This document shows positions 47,823 through 56,794 of a DNA stretch of 64,000 nt, in pieces. The stretch lies in NCBI GenBank assembly GCA_044229845.1, contig JBGASG010000001.1:320001-384000 (forward strand). The letters run 5' to 3'. A model generated the notes under the pieces. That model ran no database searches. It saw nothing but the letters and a program-made list of their open reading frames with translations, and was not told where the DNA came from. The translations under genes were made by a program, and so were the position numbers. This DNA is from Candidatus Obscuribacteraceae bacterium (GTDB lineage Bacteria; Cyanobacteriota; Vampirovibrionia; Obscuribacterales; Obscuribacteraceae). How positions within the stretch are numbered: the first letter of the stretch is position 1; each line of letters begins with the position of its first letter.

Positions 47823-50213
47823 ATGGAAAATCCCGACAAACTCCAAGAGCAGGTACACACCCTAGCCGGGCAGCAAGCGTTCCACGTCTGCCCCACCTGT
47901 GGTTTGAAGCTCTCGTTATCCACCAAGACTTGCCCGAACGACGGCACCGAGACGGGCGAGTCGCCGAAGCCCGGGACCATATTCAAAGGGCATTACGAGT
48001 TCGTCGATATTGTCGGCGAGGGCGGTATGAGCGTGGTTTACAAGGCGCGGGACAAGATCCTCGGGCGGACGGTGGCGATCAAACTGATGCACGCCCACGT
48101 GGCCGCCAACAGTAAGCAGATTCTGCGCTTTCAGCAAGAGGCTAAGGCCGCCTCGCTCCTGTCTCATCCACACGTCATTTCTGTCCACGAATTCGGCACC
48201 CTCGACGACGGGCAGCCGTTCTTGATCATGGACTACGCCGAAGGCAAAAGCCTGGCCGAGATTATTACCAGTCGCGGTCGCCTGCCTGTGGCCCGAGCGC
48301 TGGCAATTTTCGTTCAGGTCGCCGATGCCCTTTCGCATGCGCACCGCAAGAACGTCATCCACCGGGATTTAAAACCCAGCAACATCATGCTCTGTCGCGG
48401 CGACCGGGGCGAAGATGTGGCGAAGGTAGTCGACTTCGGAATCGCCAAGATCGTCCAGTCTGATGCCGACAAACGCGGGCTGACACAGACCGGCGAGATA
48501 TTCGGCAGTCCGCCCTACATGAGCCCCGAGCAGTGCGCCGGCTGGCCGATGAACAATCGCTCCGACATTTATTCCATGGGTTGCCTGATGTATGAGGCGC
48601 TCTCTGGACATCCACCGTTCGCAGGCGAATCTCTGGTAGAAACGGTTTACAAACACATGCACGAGCCGCCACCGCAATTGGTGGCAGAGGGCGAAAAGTT
48701 TCCCGAGATGCTGCAGATGATTGTGACTAAGACACTGGCTAAGGAGCCGGGCGAGCGCTATGAAACGATGGAACAGCTGAGCGCCGACCTGCAGCACGTC
48801 CTCGATGATGTGGAAGGGCGCGACAATCAATCGAAGTACATCTGCAACGAAACATCCACACCGACATCGTTCAAAATACCCTGGGTGGTTGTCGGTGGAG
48901 TTATTCTCGTCATTGTCTCCGCCCTGTTTGCTACGCTGAGTTGGCCCACCGCAAAACCACCGGAAGACAACAAAGTGCAGGCTAGTCTAGAGCAGGTGGT
49001 GGCACAATCAGCACCGCAAGATTCTATGTTGAGCAACCAGTCGCCGAGCTGGTCTGGCGATGACAACGATCTGAAAGAGTTGATCAAAACCAACCCCAAC
49101 GCCACCAAGTTGCCTCGCGACGGCAAGCCGCTCACAGATGCAGGATTTATAGACGTCGGCAAGATGAAGTATCTGCACACGGTCAGCTTGTGCGACACTG
49201 AAATTACGAATGCCACGATGAAGAGGCTGGGCGCGGTTTCTTCTTTGAAGACATTGCGCGTTGCACGCACCACCGTTAACGATGATGGCGTGAAAGCGCT
49301 GGCAGGGTTGGGTCTAATAGAACTGGACGTATCCCACACTGGCGTCACCCGAGCGTCATTGCCGCTGATCGCCAACTTCAAGAATCTGCAAATCTTGAAT
49401 GTTTCGGGACTCAACCTCACCGATGCTGATCTGATGGTGCTCAGTCGGTTGCCGTCGTTAGAGAATCTGACGATTTCAGGCAATCACATTACGGGACCTG
49501 GGCTGGCCCGCTTGCGAAACCTGAAACGACTGGATGCCGCCGGCAATCCCCTGGATGACGAGGGAATTCCGTTTGTCGTTCAGTTGCCCATGCTGAAAGA
49601 GATTGATTTGAGCGACACACCAATCACAGAGAAGGGTGGCGTGTTGCTCGGCGCCAAGTCTAATCTGGTCTCAGTGACCCTGAACAAAACTTTGATTGGA
49701 GACAAAACTGCGCGTGAGCTGGTCCGGCTGCCTGAGCTCAAGGTCTTGAATCTCGATGAAACAAAGGTGACGCGCGCACTAATCCCGGCCCTGGTCAAAA
49801 GCAAATCAATAGAGAATCTCAGCCTGCACAAAGATGGGTTGGATAATGCCAGCGCTGCCTTGATCAGCACCATGGGTCAGTTGCAAGTACTCAATGTCGG
49901 TGGCAGTCAAATTGATGATGCCGGCGCCAAAAAACTTGCCAATCTGTCCAAGCTCAAAGATCTGTCGCTGGACCACACGCTGATTACCGACGCCTCGATG
50001 CCGGCGCTGGTTGGAAAACTGAAGAAGCAACTGCAAAGCCTGAATATCAGCGGCACCATCATCACCAATAAAGGAGTGCGCGCACTGTCCGAAATAGACG
50101 GACTCGTCGACCTGAAAACAGCCGATTGCCGCGGCATCGATGATGACGGACTGCAAGACGTCAAGCACGCACATCCCTATTGCCACATGGATCGCGGCGA
50201 TGCCATGTTCTAG
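47823..50213 (+). CDS. Ser/Thr kinase with N-terminal Zn-ribbon, one TM and C-terminal leucine-rich repeats
   Basis: CPTCG..CPNDG; GEGGMSVVYKA, HRDLKPSN, DFG, YMSPEQ; TM VVVGGVILVIVSALFATL; multiple LxxLxLxxTxITD repeats. Confidence 0.92.
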   Translation: MENPDKLQEQVHTLAGQQAFHVCPTCGLKLSLSTKTCPNDGTETGESPKPGTIFKGHYEFVDIVGEGGMSVVYKARDKILGRTVAIKLMHAHVAANSKQILRFQQEAKAASLLSHPHVISVHEFGTLDDGQPFLIMDYAEGKSLAEIITSRGRLPVARALAIFVQVADALSHAHRKNVIHRDLKPSNIMLCRGDRGEDVAKVVDFGIAKIVQSDADKRGLTQTGEIFGSPPYMSPEQCAGWPMNNRSDIYSMGCLMYEALSGHPPFAGESLVETVYKHMHEPPPQLVAEGEKFPEMLQMIVTKTLAKEPGERYETMEQLSADLQHVLDDVEGRDNQSKYICNETSTPTSFKIPWVVVGGVILVIVSALFATLSWPTAKPPEDNKVQASLEQVVAQSAPQDSMLSNQSPSWSGDDNDLKELIKTNPNATKLPRDGKPLTDAGFIDVGKMKYLHTVSLCDTEITNATMKRLGAVSSLKTLRVARTTVNDDGVKALAGLGLIELDVSHTGVTRASLPLIANFKNLQILNVSGLNLTDADLMVLSRLPSLENLTISGNHITGPGLARLRNLKRLDAAGNPLDDEGIPFVVQLPMLKEIDLSDTPITEKGGVLLGAKSNLVSVTLNKTLIGDKTARELVRLPELKVLNLDETKVTRALIPALVKSKSIENLSLHKDGLDNASAALISTMGQLQVLNVGGSQIDDAGAKKLANLSKLKDLSLDHTLITDASMPALVGKLKKQLQSLNISGTIITNKGVRALSEIDGLVDLKTADCRGIDDDGLQDVKHAHPYCHMDRGDAMF

Positions 50214-50215
50214 AT

Positions 50216-53038
50216 TTAAGCGTTGCGTGGCGCTTCTTCTTCGCCGGCTTTAGTGGCGCCGTTGGTCTGAGTTATAGCCGGCAGCTCACGCACCGGTGGC
50301 GGCATCGGATCATCGACGGCTACCGTGACGGGTTGCACTTCATCCCAGACGCAGACGCGATTGCGCCCGCCGCGTTTGGCGACATACAGGGCTTTGTCGG
50401 CGCGGTCGATCAGTTCTTCTCCCGAGGTGGCTTGCGACGGGAACGAAGCTACACCTATCGAGGTGGAGATGTGTCCCAGTCCAGGCACCGGATTGCGGTT
50501 GATGTTTCTGCGCAGACGGTCTGCGATCATAGTGGCCTCGGCGAGAGGCGTTTCCGGCAAGATGACGGCGAACTCTTCGCCACCATATCTGGCGGCAGTG
50601 TCGCCGCTTCGCAGCAGAGTCTTGAGCATCGTTGCCACCTGACGGATGGCAGCATCGCCGACCGGGTGACCGAAGGTGTCGTTGATCTGTTTGAGCTTGT
50701 CGAGGTCGAGCATGAGCAATGAGCAGGTCTTAGACTTACGATGGGCTCTGTTCAATTCTTCTGCCAGACGATTTTTGAAGTAGACGTGGTTGTAAAGTCC
50801 GGTCAAGCCGTCTGTGATCGCCTGGTACTTCACTTGCGAGAAGAGCTGCGCGTGGGAGATTGCCACCGCCAGCTGGTCAGCCAGAGAAGAAACCAGGTGC
50901 ACATCGACGCCGTCCCAATCGCGCACTCGATCGCACTGATGCAGGATTAAGATACCCAGGACGCGATCGTCTTGCAGCAACGGTGCCGCGACTACGGACT
51001 TGGAGCCGATAACGTTGAGAAACTCCGCAAATGGCTCGGCGCGCTTGTCTTCCGTGACGTCCGAGATGACGGCAATCGGTGCTTCCTGTGCCGTCACATC
51101 AATCTCTTTCAACGAAGCGAGATCAATTCCGAGCACGGTGCGCAGTTCGGCTTTGCCTTCATCGCTGGGGTCGAAGTCCATGCGCGGACCGTAGAGTCCC
51201 AGACCTTTGCGTGACTCCAGTCCTTCGCGTACATATTCATGCGTAATCACCAGCGGACCTTCCGGACGCGGCTGTGCGATCTGGCAGTAATCGGCGTCCA
51301 GAGCGCGACCCAGTTCGGAGGTCACCGTATTCAGTATCACGTCGGTGTCCAGCGAAGATCTGGTGGCGCGGACGATTCTATTTATCAGCAGCTCTTGCTC
51401 TGCCAGGCGCTTGGTGTGCGCGAACAAGTTGGCGTGCTCCATCGCCAGTGCTACGTGGCGGGCGACCGCTTCTACCAGTTGCAGCTCCAGGTCGAGCCAG
51501 GCTCGGCGGTTGTCGCATTGATGCACGAGGATCATGCCTACCGGCGCGTCGTTGAGAACGATCGGGCAGGCAATCAGAGTTTTGACCGAACGCCAGTCTT
51601 CCGGTGATGCTTCGTCGCGTTCGAACATGGGGGCGAACGTCGACTGGTCCATCACATCCAATGAAAGGATGGCTTTGTGTTCGAGAATAGATTTGAGAAT
51701 GCTGCGGTCGGTGACGACGATCGAGCGGTTTTGCAGAGCGGTGCCCTGGCGTTGAGGATCCCACCACACATAATTGAATTCCAGGTGCGAGCCACCATCG
51801 GTGACATCAACAATCGGTTGTTCGTCTTCGACCAGTGCCAGGCAGCAACGGCTCGCACCGAGGGCTTTTCCCAGTTCGAGCACAGCAGTATTGAGAATCT
51901 CATCCAGGTCGAGAGATTGCCGCACGGACTCAGCGATTTTTTCGATCATGAGGCTGTGCTCCTCATGCAATTGCAGATTTAACGCCATGTTGTTGAAAGC
52001 GCGTGCAAGTAGCCCGAGCTCCCCACCCTGTACTAGAGTAACACGCTTTGTCAAATCTCCACGGCCGACTGCCACCGCTTCGCGCACCAGCTCATGTATG
52101 GGTCCGGTAAAATGTCCGGTCACCGCGTAAGCCAGAAGCACGGAAGAGCCGATGGCCAGTACCGCAGCGAAGAGCATCAGATACAGGCGATCGTGCGCTG
52201 AACCATAAATGATATTGGTCGGAATTCCTGCCACCACGATCCAATCGGTTTCCGGAACGCGGTCGAAGGCATAAGTGCGCTGGATACCATCGGCGATACC
52301 AACCCCTTCCAGGGTGCCACTGCGACTGTGCGAAGCGGCGGTCACCGATTTGGCATTGGAAAAGTCTTGTCCTTGCCACTTGTCGTTATCGAGCGTGCGC
52401 GCCAGGACTTTCTTGTCTTTGTCGACCACAGCAATGACGGAGCCTTGCTCTTCGCCCAGATCGCGGAAAAGATGCAAAATCGCTCCCGGGTTCACAGACG
52501 CGATCAAAATACTTTTTACTGCTTGGGTTTTCGTGTCCCTGACCGGGTATCCGAAGAGAATTGCCGGCTCATGGGTGATCGGACATAGGACATAGCCGGA
52601 CACTCCGAAATTAGCTGTCTCGACCGTCTGTCGGAAAAACGGCAGGTCCTTCATATTGACGGGTTGGCTGAGCGGCTGGCTGGCCGCACTGACGATGCCG
52701 GTCTCCGGATCCACCAGCGCCAGCATGTTGACGTCGGGGCTGATCCGAGACTGGGTCTCGAGAATCTGGCTGGTTTCATCAGGGATAGCGGCCTGGATCT
52801 CAGGCAAGACTGCCAGGGCATGCAGTTCTCTCTGGTGAGTTGAAATCCACTGCGAGAGGCTGCGTACCGCCAGCTGATCGTGGAATGTCGTGGCCCGTTT
52901 GGCAGTCTGTGTGAGGCTCTGATATTCCTTCCAGATAATCACTCCGCACATGGCGACGAGCGGCGTTGCTACTGCTATGCACAAAAGCAGCAAGCGAGTT
53001 CGAATATCCAACTCTCGAATTAGCCTAAGTAGCCGCAC
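50216..53038 (-). CDS. Sensor diguanylate cyclase (Cache-HAMP-GAF-GAF-GGDEF)
   Basis: Two TMs; HAMP (ELGLLARAFNNM); two GAFs; DLDKLKQINDTFGH; RSGD I-site followed by GGEEF. Confidence 0.92.
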   Translation of the reverse strand: MRLLRLIRELDIRTRLLLLCIAVATPLVAMCGVIIWKEYQSLTQTAKRATTFHDQLAVRSLSQWISTHQRELHALAVLPEIQAAIPDETSQILETQSRISPDVNMLALVDPETGIVSAASQPLSQPVNMKDLPFFRQTVETANFGVSGYVLCPITHEPAILFGYPVRDTKTQAVKSILIASVNPGAILHLFRDLGEEQGSVIAVVDKDKKVLARTLDNDKWQGQDFSNAKSVTAASHSRSGTLEGVGIADGIQRTYAFDRVPETDWIVVAGIPTNIIYGSAHDRLYLMLFAAVLAIGSSVLLAYAVTGHFTGPIHELVREAVAVGRGDLTKRVTLVQGGELGLLARAFNNMALNLQLHEEHSLMIEKIAESVRQSLDLDEILNTAVLELGKALGASRCCLALVEDEQPIVDVTDGGSHLEFNYVWWDPQRQGTALQNRSIVVTDRSILKSILEHKAILSLDVMDQSTFAPMFERDEASPEDWRSVKTLIACPIVLNDAPVGMILVHQCDNRRAWLDLELQLVEAVARHVALAMEHANLFAHTKRLAEQELLINRIVRATRSSLDTDVILNTVTSELGRALDADYCQIAQPRPEGPLVITHEYVREGLESRKGLGLYGPRMDFDPSDEGKAELRTVLGIDLASLKEIDVTAQEAPIAVISDVTEDKRAEPFAEFLNVIGSKSVVAAPLLQDDRVLGILILHQCDRVRDWDGVDVHLVSSLADQLAVAISHAQLFSQVKYQAITDGLTGLYNHVYFKNRLAEELNRAHRKSKTCSLLMLDLDKLKQINDTFGHPVGDAAIRQVATMLKTLLRSGDTAARYGGEEFAVILPETPLAEATMIADRLRRNINRNPVPGLGHISTSIGVASFPSQATSGEELIDRADKALYVAKRGGRNRVCVWDEVQPVTVAVDDPMPPPVRELPAITQTNGATKAGEEEAPRNA

Positions 53039-53127
53039 TGCCGGAATTTTCTCTTCAAGGACGCTCGAGCAAATTATATGGCTTTTTCAATGCTTTCCAA
53101 GGGGATAATTACGCAGTCTTTTGCCCT

Positions 53128-53724
53128 ATGAGAAGGGTGTTATTCTTTCAACCAATGGAAGCGTCCGACACAGCCAGGACAGCCTTGACACAAAGCCGGC
53201 GGCACATTGTGTTCGCGTGGTCTGTATTCATTGCTGGGCTTGTGATTACGGCATTTTGCCTGATGCCGGTCATCTATCCGGACCGCCATCCGCGATCTTT
53301 CTTCCAGAACTCCGGACTGGAAGACATATTCTTTGATGTGTTCGCCATCAGCAGCGGGTGCTGGCTTTTTTCCTGGGCCGCCGCCGTGAACGGCTGGAAG
53401 ATTGCCACGAAAGCCGGTCAGTGGCTGGGCATTACGCTGATCTGTCTCAACCAGGCGCTGCTTTTAGGTGTCTGGTGGGACCTGTTTCAACAACCCCACG
53501 CGCTCTCATCAGGTTTGTGGGCTGTACCCTGGCTGATCCAGTCCTACATTCTCGGATGCTTCGTAGGTTTCTTCACCATGCCCGAGCTGACGCTGTCCGG
53601 CAACCGCTCGCTGACCGCGCTCGGCACGCTGGCAATTCTTCTGCCCTGGCTGGTCGGACGGAGAGAAGTTTTGATGGGCACACAAATCCTCAACGCCGAG
53701 ATCATGCGCTTCCTCGGTGGCTAG
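53128..53724 (+). CDS. Hypothetical membrane protein
   Basis: About 5 hydrophobic helices; fills the gap between convergent genes. Confidence 0.65.
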   Translation: MRRVLFFQPMEASDTARTALTQSRRHIVFAWSVFIAGLVITAFCLMPVIYPDRHPRSFFQNSGLEDIFFDVFAISSGCWLFSWAAAVNGWKIATKAGQWLGITLICLNQALLLGVWWDLFQQPHALSSGLWAVPWLIQSYILGCFVGFFTMPELTLSGNRSLTALGTLAILLPWLVGRREVLMGTQILNAEIMRFLGG

Positions 53725-54929
53725 CGCGCTGAGCTGACCGGCGACTTCTTCGCTGCCGCTGGCTGCAGTTGCTGCTCGAGAGCCTGGATGCGATTGAGTA
53801 CGCGCTCGCTGTCCAGCGGCAGTTTATTATCAAGATTCAGATCCAGTCCGCGGCGAATGGCGTTGAGTATTTCTTCGCCGGCTTGTTCTTTGCTGCCTGA
53901 GCGCAGGAAGACATCTACCTTCACCATGCGTGCCACCACGCTTGCTTCATCGAACTCCAGTGAACGCTCAGCGAGATTGAGAGCCTCGTGGTTGTCGCCT
54001 TCGGCAAAGGCACCGCAGGCCGATGCTGCCAGCAACACACCTTTTAAGGAAGCGTCCACGTAAGGAAACTCGGCTGCTTCAAGAAACGCTTTGCGCGCCG
54101 CTTTGAAGTCGTGCTTGTAATACGAAAGCATCGCTTGCACGAACGGAACATAGACACTGTCCGGCACTAAGAACCGCAGGCGGCGGAAGTGTTTGCGCGC
54201 TTCGCCGGCCATGCCGGAGCGCAGGAACAATATGGAAGCGCGGGCAACCAGGTATGGATTGTTCGGTTCGTGACGGACTTGCTGCGCGGCATCGCGTAGT
54301 TTTTCGGAGAGCGCCGGGCGCGACAGGTCGACGAACCACATGCGCACCGTGCGGTTGGAGAGCGCCGCAAAATAGAGAAGAGCGAGCACGCCGTAGATGG
54401 AGAACATCATGATGCGTTCTTCAGTGTTGGATGCCTGCATGAACAGACTCCAGCGCGAACCACCCAGTCCAACTGCAGAGATCACCGGTTCGATGATCAA
54501 GTTGAGCGCCAGGATGAACGAAATGGTGTAACCAATGATGGTGGCAAGAAACGGATGCGGGCGGAAGAACAGCGCGGGCAGAAGACACAGTGCCAGCGCA
54601 AACTGCACCGCTGCGCCGGCGAATAAAACCGGGGTGAAGAGATGCTCGGACGGCAAGCCGGCAGGCACTGCCGAATACCAGAACAGTCCGTAGGACCAGC
54701 TCTTGATGAAACCGCCCAGCCATTGCGACGCGACCATGGTGGCACGCAGATCTGTGATGGTGAGCAGAGGAAAGATCAGGAAGATCACGACGCGCCAGGC
54801 GAATGCGCGGTCTTCTTCTTGCAGATCGTCGCGCCAGAGGCGTTCGCGCTCAGACCAGAGTCTGACGATTGTGTTCAAACCGACGATAGTTACTACCGCA
54901 GTTACAAGCCACAGGTAGAGTTCGTTCAT
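53721..54929 (-). CDS. M50-like membrane protein lacking HExxH, with C-terminal TPRs (pseudo-protease)
   Basis: Aligns with 55448..56596, but HEAGH is replaced by DLRAT; TPR-like helices at the C-terminus. Confidence 0.65.
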   Translation of the reverse strand: MNELYLWLVTAVVTIVGLNTIVRLWSERERLWRDDLQEEDRAFAWRVVIFLIFPLLTITDLRATMVASQWLGGFIKSWSYGLFWYSAVPAGLPSEHLFTPVLFAGAAVQFALALCLLPALFFRPHPFLATIIGYTISFILALNLIIEPVISAVGLGGSRWSLFMQASNTEERIMMFSIYGVLALLYFAALSNRTVRMWFVDLSRPALSEKLRDAAQQVRHEPNNPYLVARASILFLRSGMAGEARKHFRRLRFLVPDSVYVPFVQAMLSYYKHDFKAARKAFLEAAEFPYVDASLKGVLLAASACGAFAEGDNHEALNLAERSLEFDEASVVARMVKVDVFLRSGSKEQAGEEILNAIRRGLDLNLDNKLPLDSERVLNRIQALEQQLQPAAAKKSPVSSAR

Positions 54930-55023
54930 AAGAGTGGGCCGAGACTTCCTAGATTTCCGAGGGATTCCGAAAGAACCGCCCGCATTCTACTGACCCGATA
55001 CATTGACAAGCCTGAAAAAGAAG

Positions 55024-55365
55024 TTATGGATGCGAGATCCGGTAGGCGCGAGTCTCGTAAACCTGCGCCTCTGCGGGACGTTTGCGGCTCTTCAGATACT
55101 CAGCGTACGTAACAAGCGCGAAAACCGTGTTCTGCCCGTTGGGCGAAACCCGCTCCGCGTTCGATATCGCTTCCTGGTAGAGGCTTTCAGCTTTTGCGTA
55201 ATCCCGTTTTGTCGCCGCCTGGCGAGCCAGGTCGATATAGCCGACAGTCGTATTATCGAAGGAAAGCTCATTCAGGAGAGGCTTTCCGAGCATGGTCAGG
55301 GCGACGACCCCGACTATGAAGAGAACGATAAAGACCGCAATGGTGACCGGCACATTGATTCGCAT
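55024..55365 (-). CDS. Small membrane-anchored TPR protein
   Basis: N-terminal TM, then DYAKAESLYQEAI..LVTYAEYL TPR pattern. Alternative TTG start at 55455. Confidence 0.7.
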   Translation of the reverse strand: MRINVPVTIAVFIVLFIVGVVALTMLGKPLLNELSFDNTTVGYIDLARQAATKRDYAKAESLYQEAISNAERVSPNGQNTVFALVTYAEYLKSRKRPAEAQVYETRAYRISHP

Positions 55366-55447
55366 GTCGCCATTTATAGGTCCGGCTGCCGGTGATGTCC
55401 ACCCGACGCCCTTAATGTAGGCGTCCGCGGTGCTGTGGCTGGACTCG

Positions 55448-56596
55448 CTAAGCAATCTGGCTGAGCGCTTTCGTCAGCAGAGACTGATATTGCATTTTAT
55501 TGCTCTCATCAATCCAGACCAGCGGCAGGGGAGCTATGGTGCGCAATTCCTGCAGCGCCTCCGGCTCTTTGCCGGCGGAGAGGAGCAAGGCAGCCTTGAA
55601 CAACCGAGCATCACCGAGGAACGGGTCTTCGATGATGGCGTGATCGTAAGCCTCCAGCGCCTTGCCGATGTCCCGCAACTCACGGTACGCATGCCCGGCG
55701 TTGATCCACGCCATGGCGCGCAGGCGCGGCGGCTGCTGCAAATCGTTGGTGATTGTTTTGCAGAAGCGGATGACGTCGTTGAACTTGCGTTCGCTATAAG
55801 CAATCGAGGCTTGCAGGCGCGCCACCTCGGATGAATTCGGTTCCATCAAGTTGGCGTTGTCGGCGGCGTCCTTAGCCATCCCGTAAAGACCGGCGCGCAC
55901 GTAGGTGTATCCGAGATTGACCCAGCCCTCCAGACTGGGAGCTACAGAAAGCTGGGACAGCCAGCGTTGATACTCCATGTCCCATCTCGGGTCGGTGCGT
56001 CGGCGAAACCACAGCTTTACCCGATTGCTGAACGTTCCATATATAAAGAAGAAAACCAGCAGTGCATGAAACGCGGCAATCTCCACATTCAGCTTGCCGG
56101 CTGGTGTGGCGTAGATCATCAACCAATCGCCCTGAAAGCCGGCCAGCGAAAGTATGGGATAGAAAATGATGGTGTTGGCCAGATTGAACCAGCCGATGTA
56201 ACCGCAGATTGCCACCACAGGTGGTGAACGCAGACAGCAGGCGGCGACGAGAAAGAGAAGAGATGCGATGATACCGGCAAGGTTGCCGGCGAAGGCAATC
56301 CAGACGTCCTGAGCATCTGTGAAGTGCCCTGCGTAGCGTACCCACGAGTGAATGACGCTGTAATGAAACTCGATGACCTTGCCGCCATATTGCAACGCTG
56401 CCACGGCGTGTCCCGCCTCGTGCACAAGCGTCAAAACGGTAAGGGTGAAAACCAGCGCCGCGCGCAGCAGCAAGGCACGGTCAGCAGCCGTCACATCATC
56501 GTCCCAAACCGACTGCCAGTTCCGCTTTAGATCACGAATGGTGATAAAGATCAGCGGAATGAAAACTAGAGTGGCGAAGTCGTTGGTTGAAAACAC
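55448..56596 (-). CDS. M50-family (site-2-like) membrane metalloprotease with C-terminal TPRs
   Basis: LVHEAGH within a TM, IAFAG, GDW third-ligand motif; TPRs (AWINAGHAYRELRDIGKALEAYDHAI). Confidence 0.8.
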   Translation of the reverse strand: MFSTNDFATLVFIPLIFITIRDLKRNWQSVWDDDVTAADRALLLRAALVFTLTVLTLVHEAGHAVAALQYGGKVIEFHYSVIHSWVRYAGHFTDAQDVWIAFAGNLAGIIASLLFLVAACCLRSPPVVAICGYIGWFNLANTIIFYPILSLAGFQGDWLMIYATPAGKLNVEIAAFHALLVFFFIYGTFSNRVKLWFRRRTDPRWDMEYQRWLSQLSVAPSLEGWVNLGYTYVRAGLYGMAKDAADNANLMEPNSSEVARLQASIAYSERKFNDVIRFCKTITNDLQQPPRLRAMAWINAGHAYRELRDIGKALEAYDHAIIEDPFLGDARLFKAALLLSAGKEPEALQELRTIAPLPLVWIDESNKMQYQSLLTKALSQIA

Positions 56597-56643
56597 AAAT
56601 GGATAATAGCAAACTCAAGGTGTGCCGATTTTCTCCTTGTAGG

Positions 56644-56741
56644 TTTCAACACTTCTGTTGAAAGTCAAGGGGTTGCACGGCGCGAAGTTATGCGCTTTTC
56701 CGGCTTCGCAGCGCGTCTCGGTTTACAACACTTCTGTTGTA
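56644..56741. promoter_or_regulatory. Two palindromic sites sharing the core CAACACTTCTGTTG
   Basis: TTTCAACA-CTTC-TGTTGAAA (56644-56663) and TACAACA-CTTC-TGTTGTA (56724-56741). Confidence 0.6.
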
Positions 56742-56794
56742 GGTGGTGCTGGAAGATCAAATCGAATCAGGGCACCCCTGAGTCGCGCGAAAAT

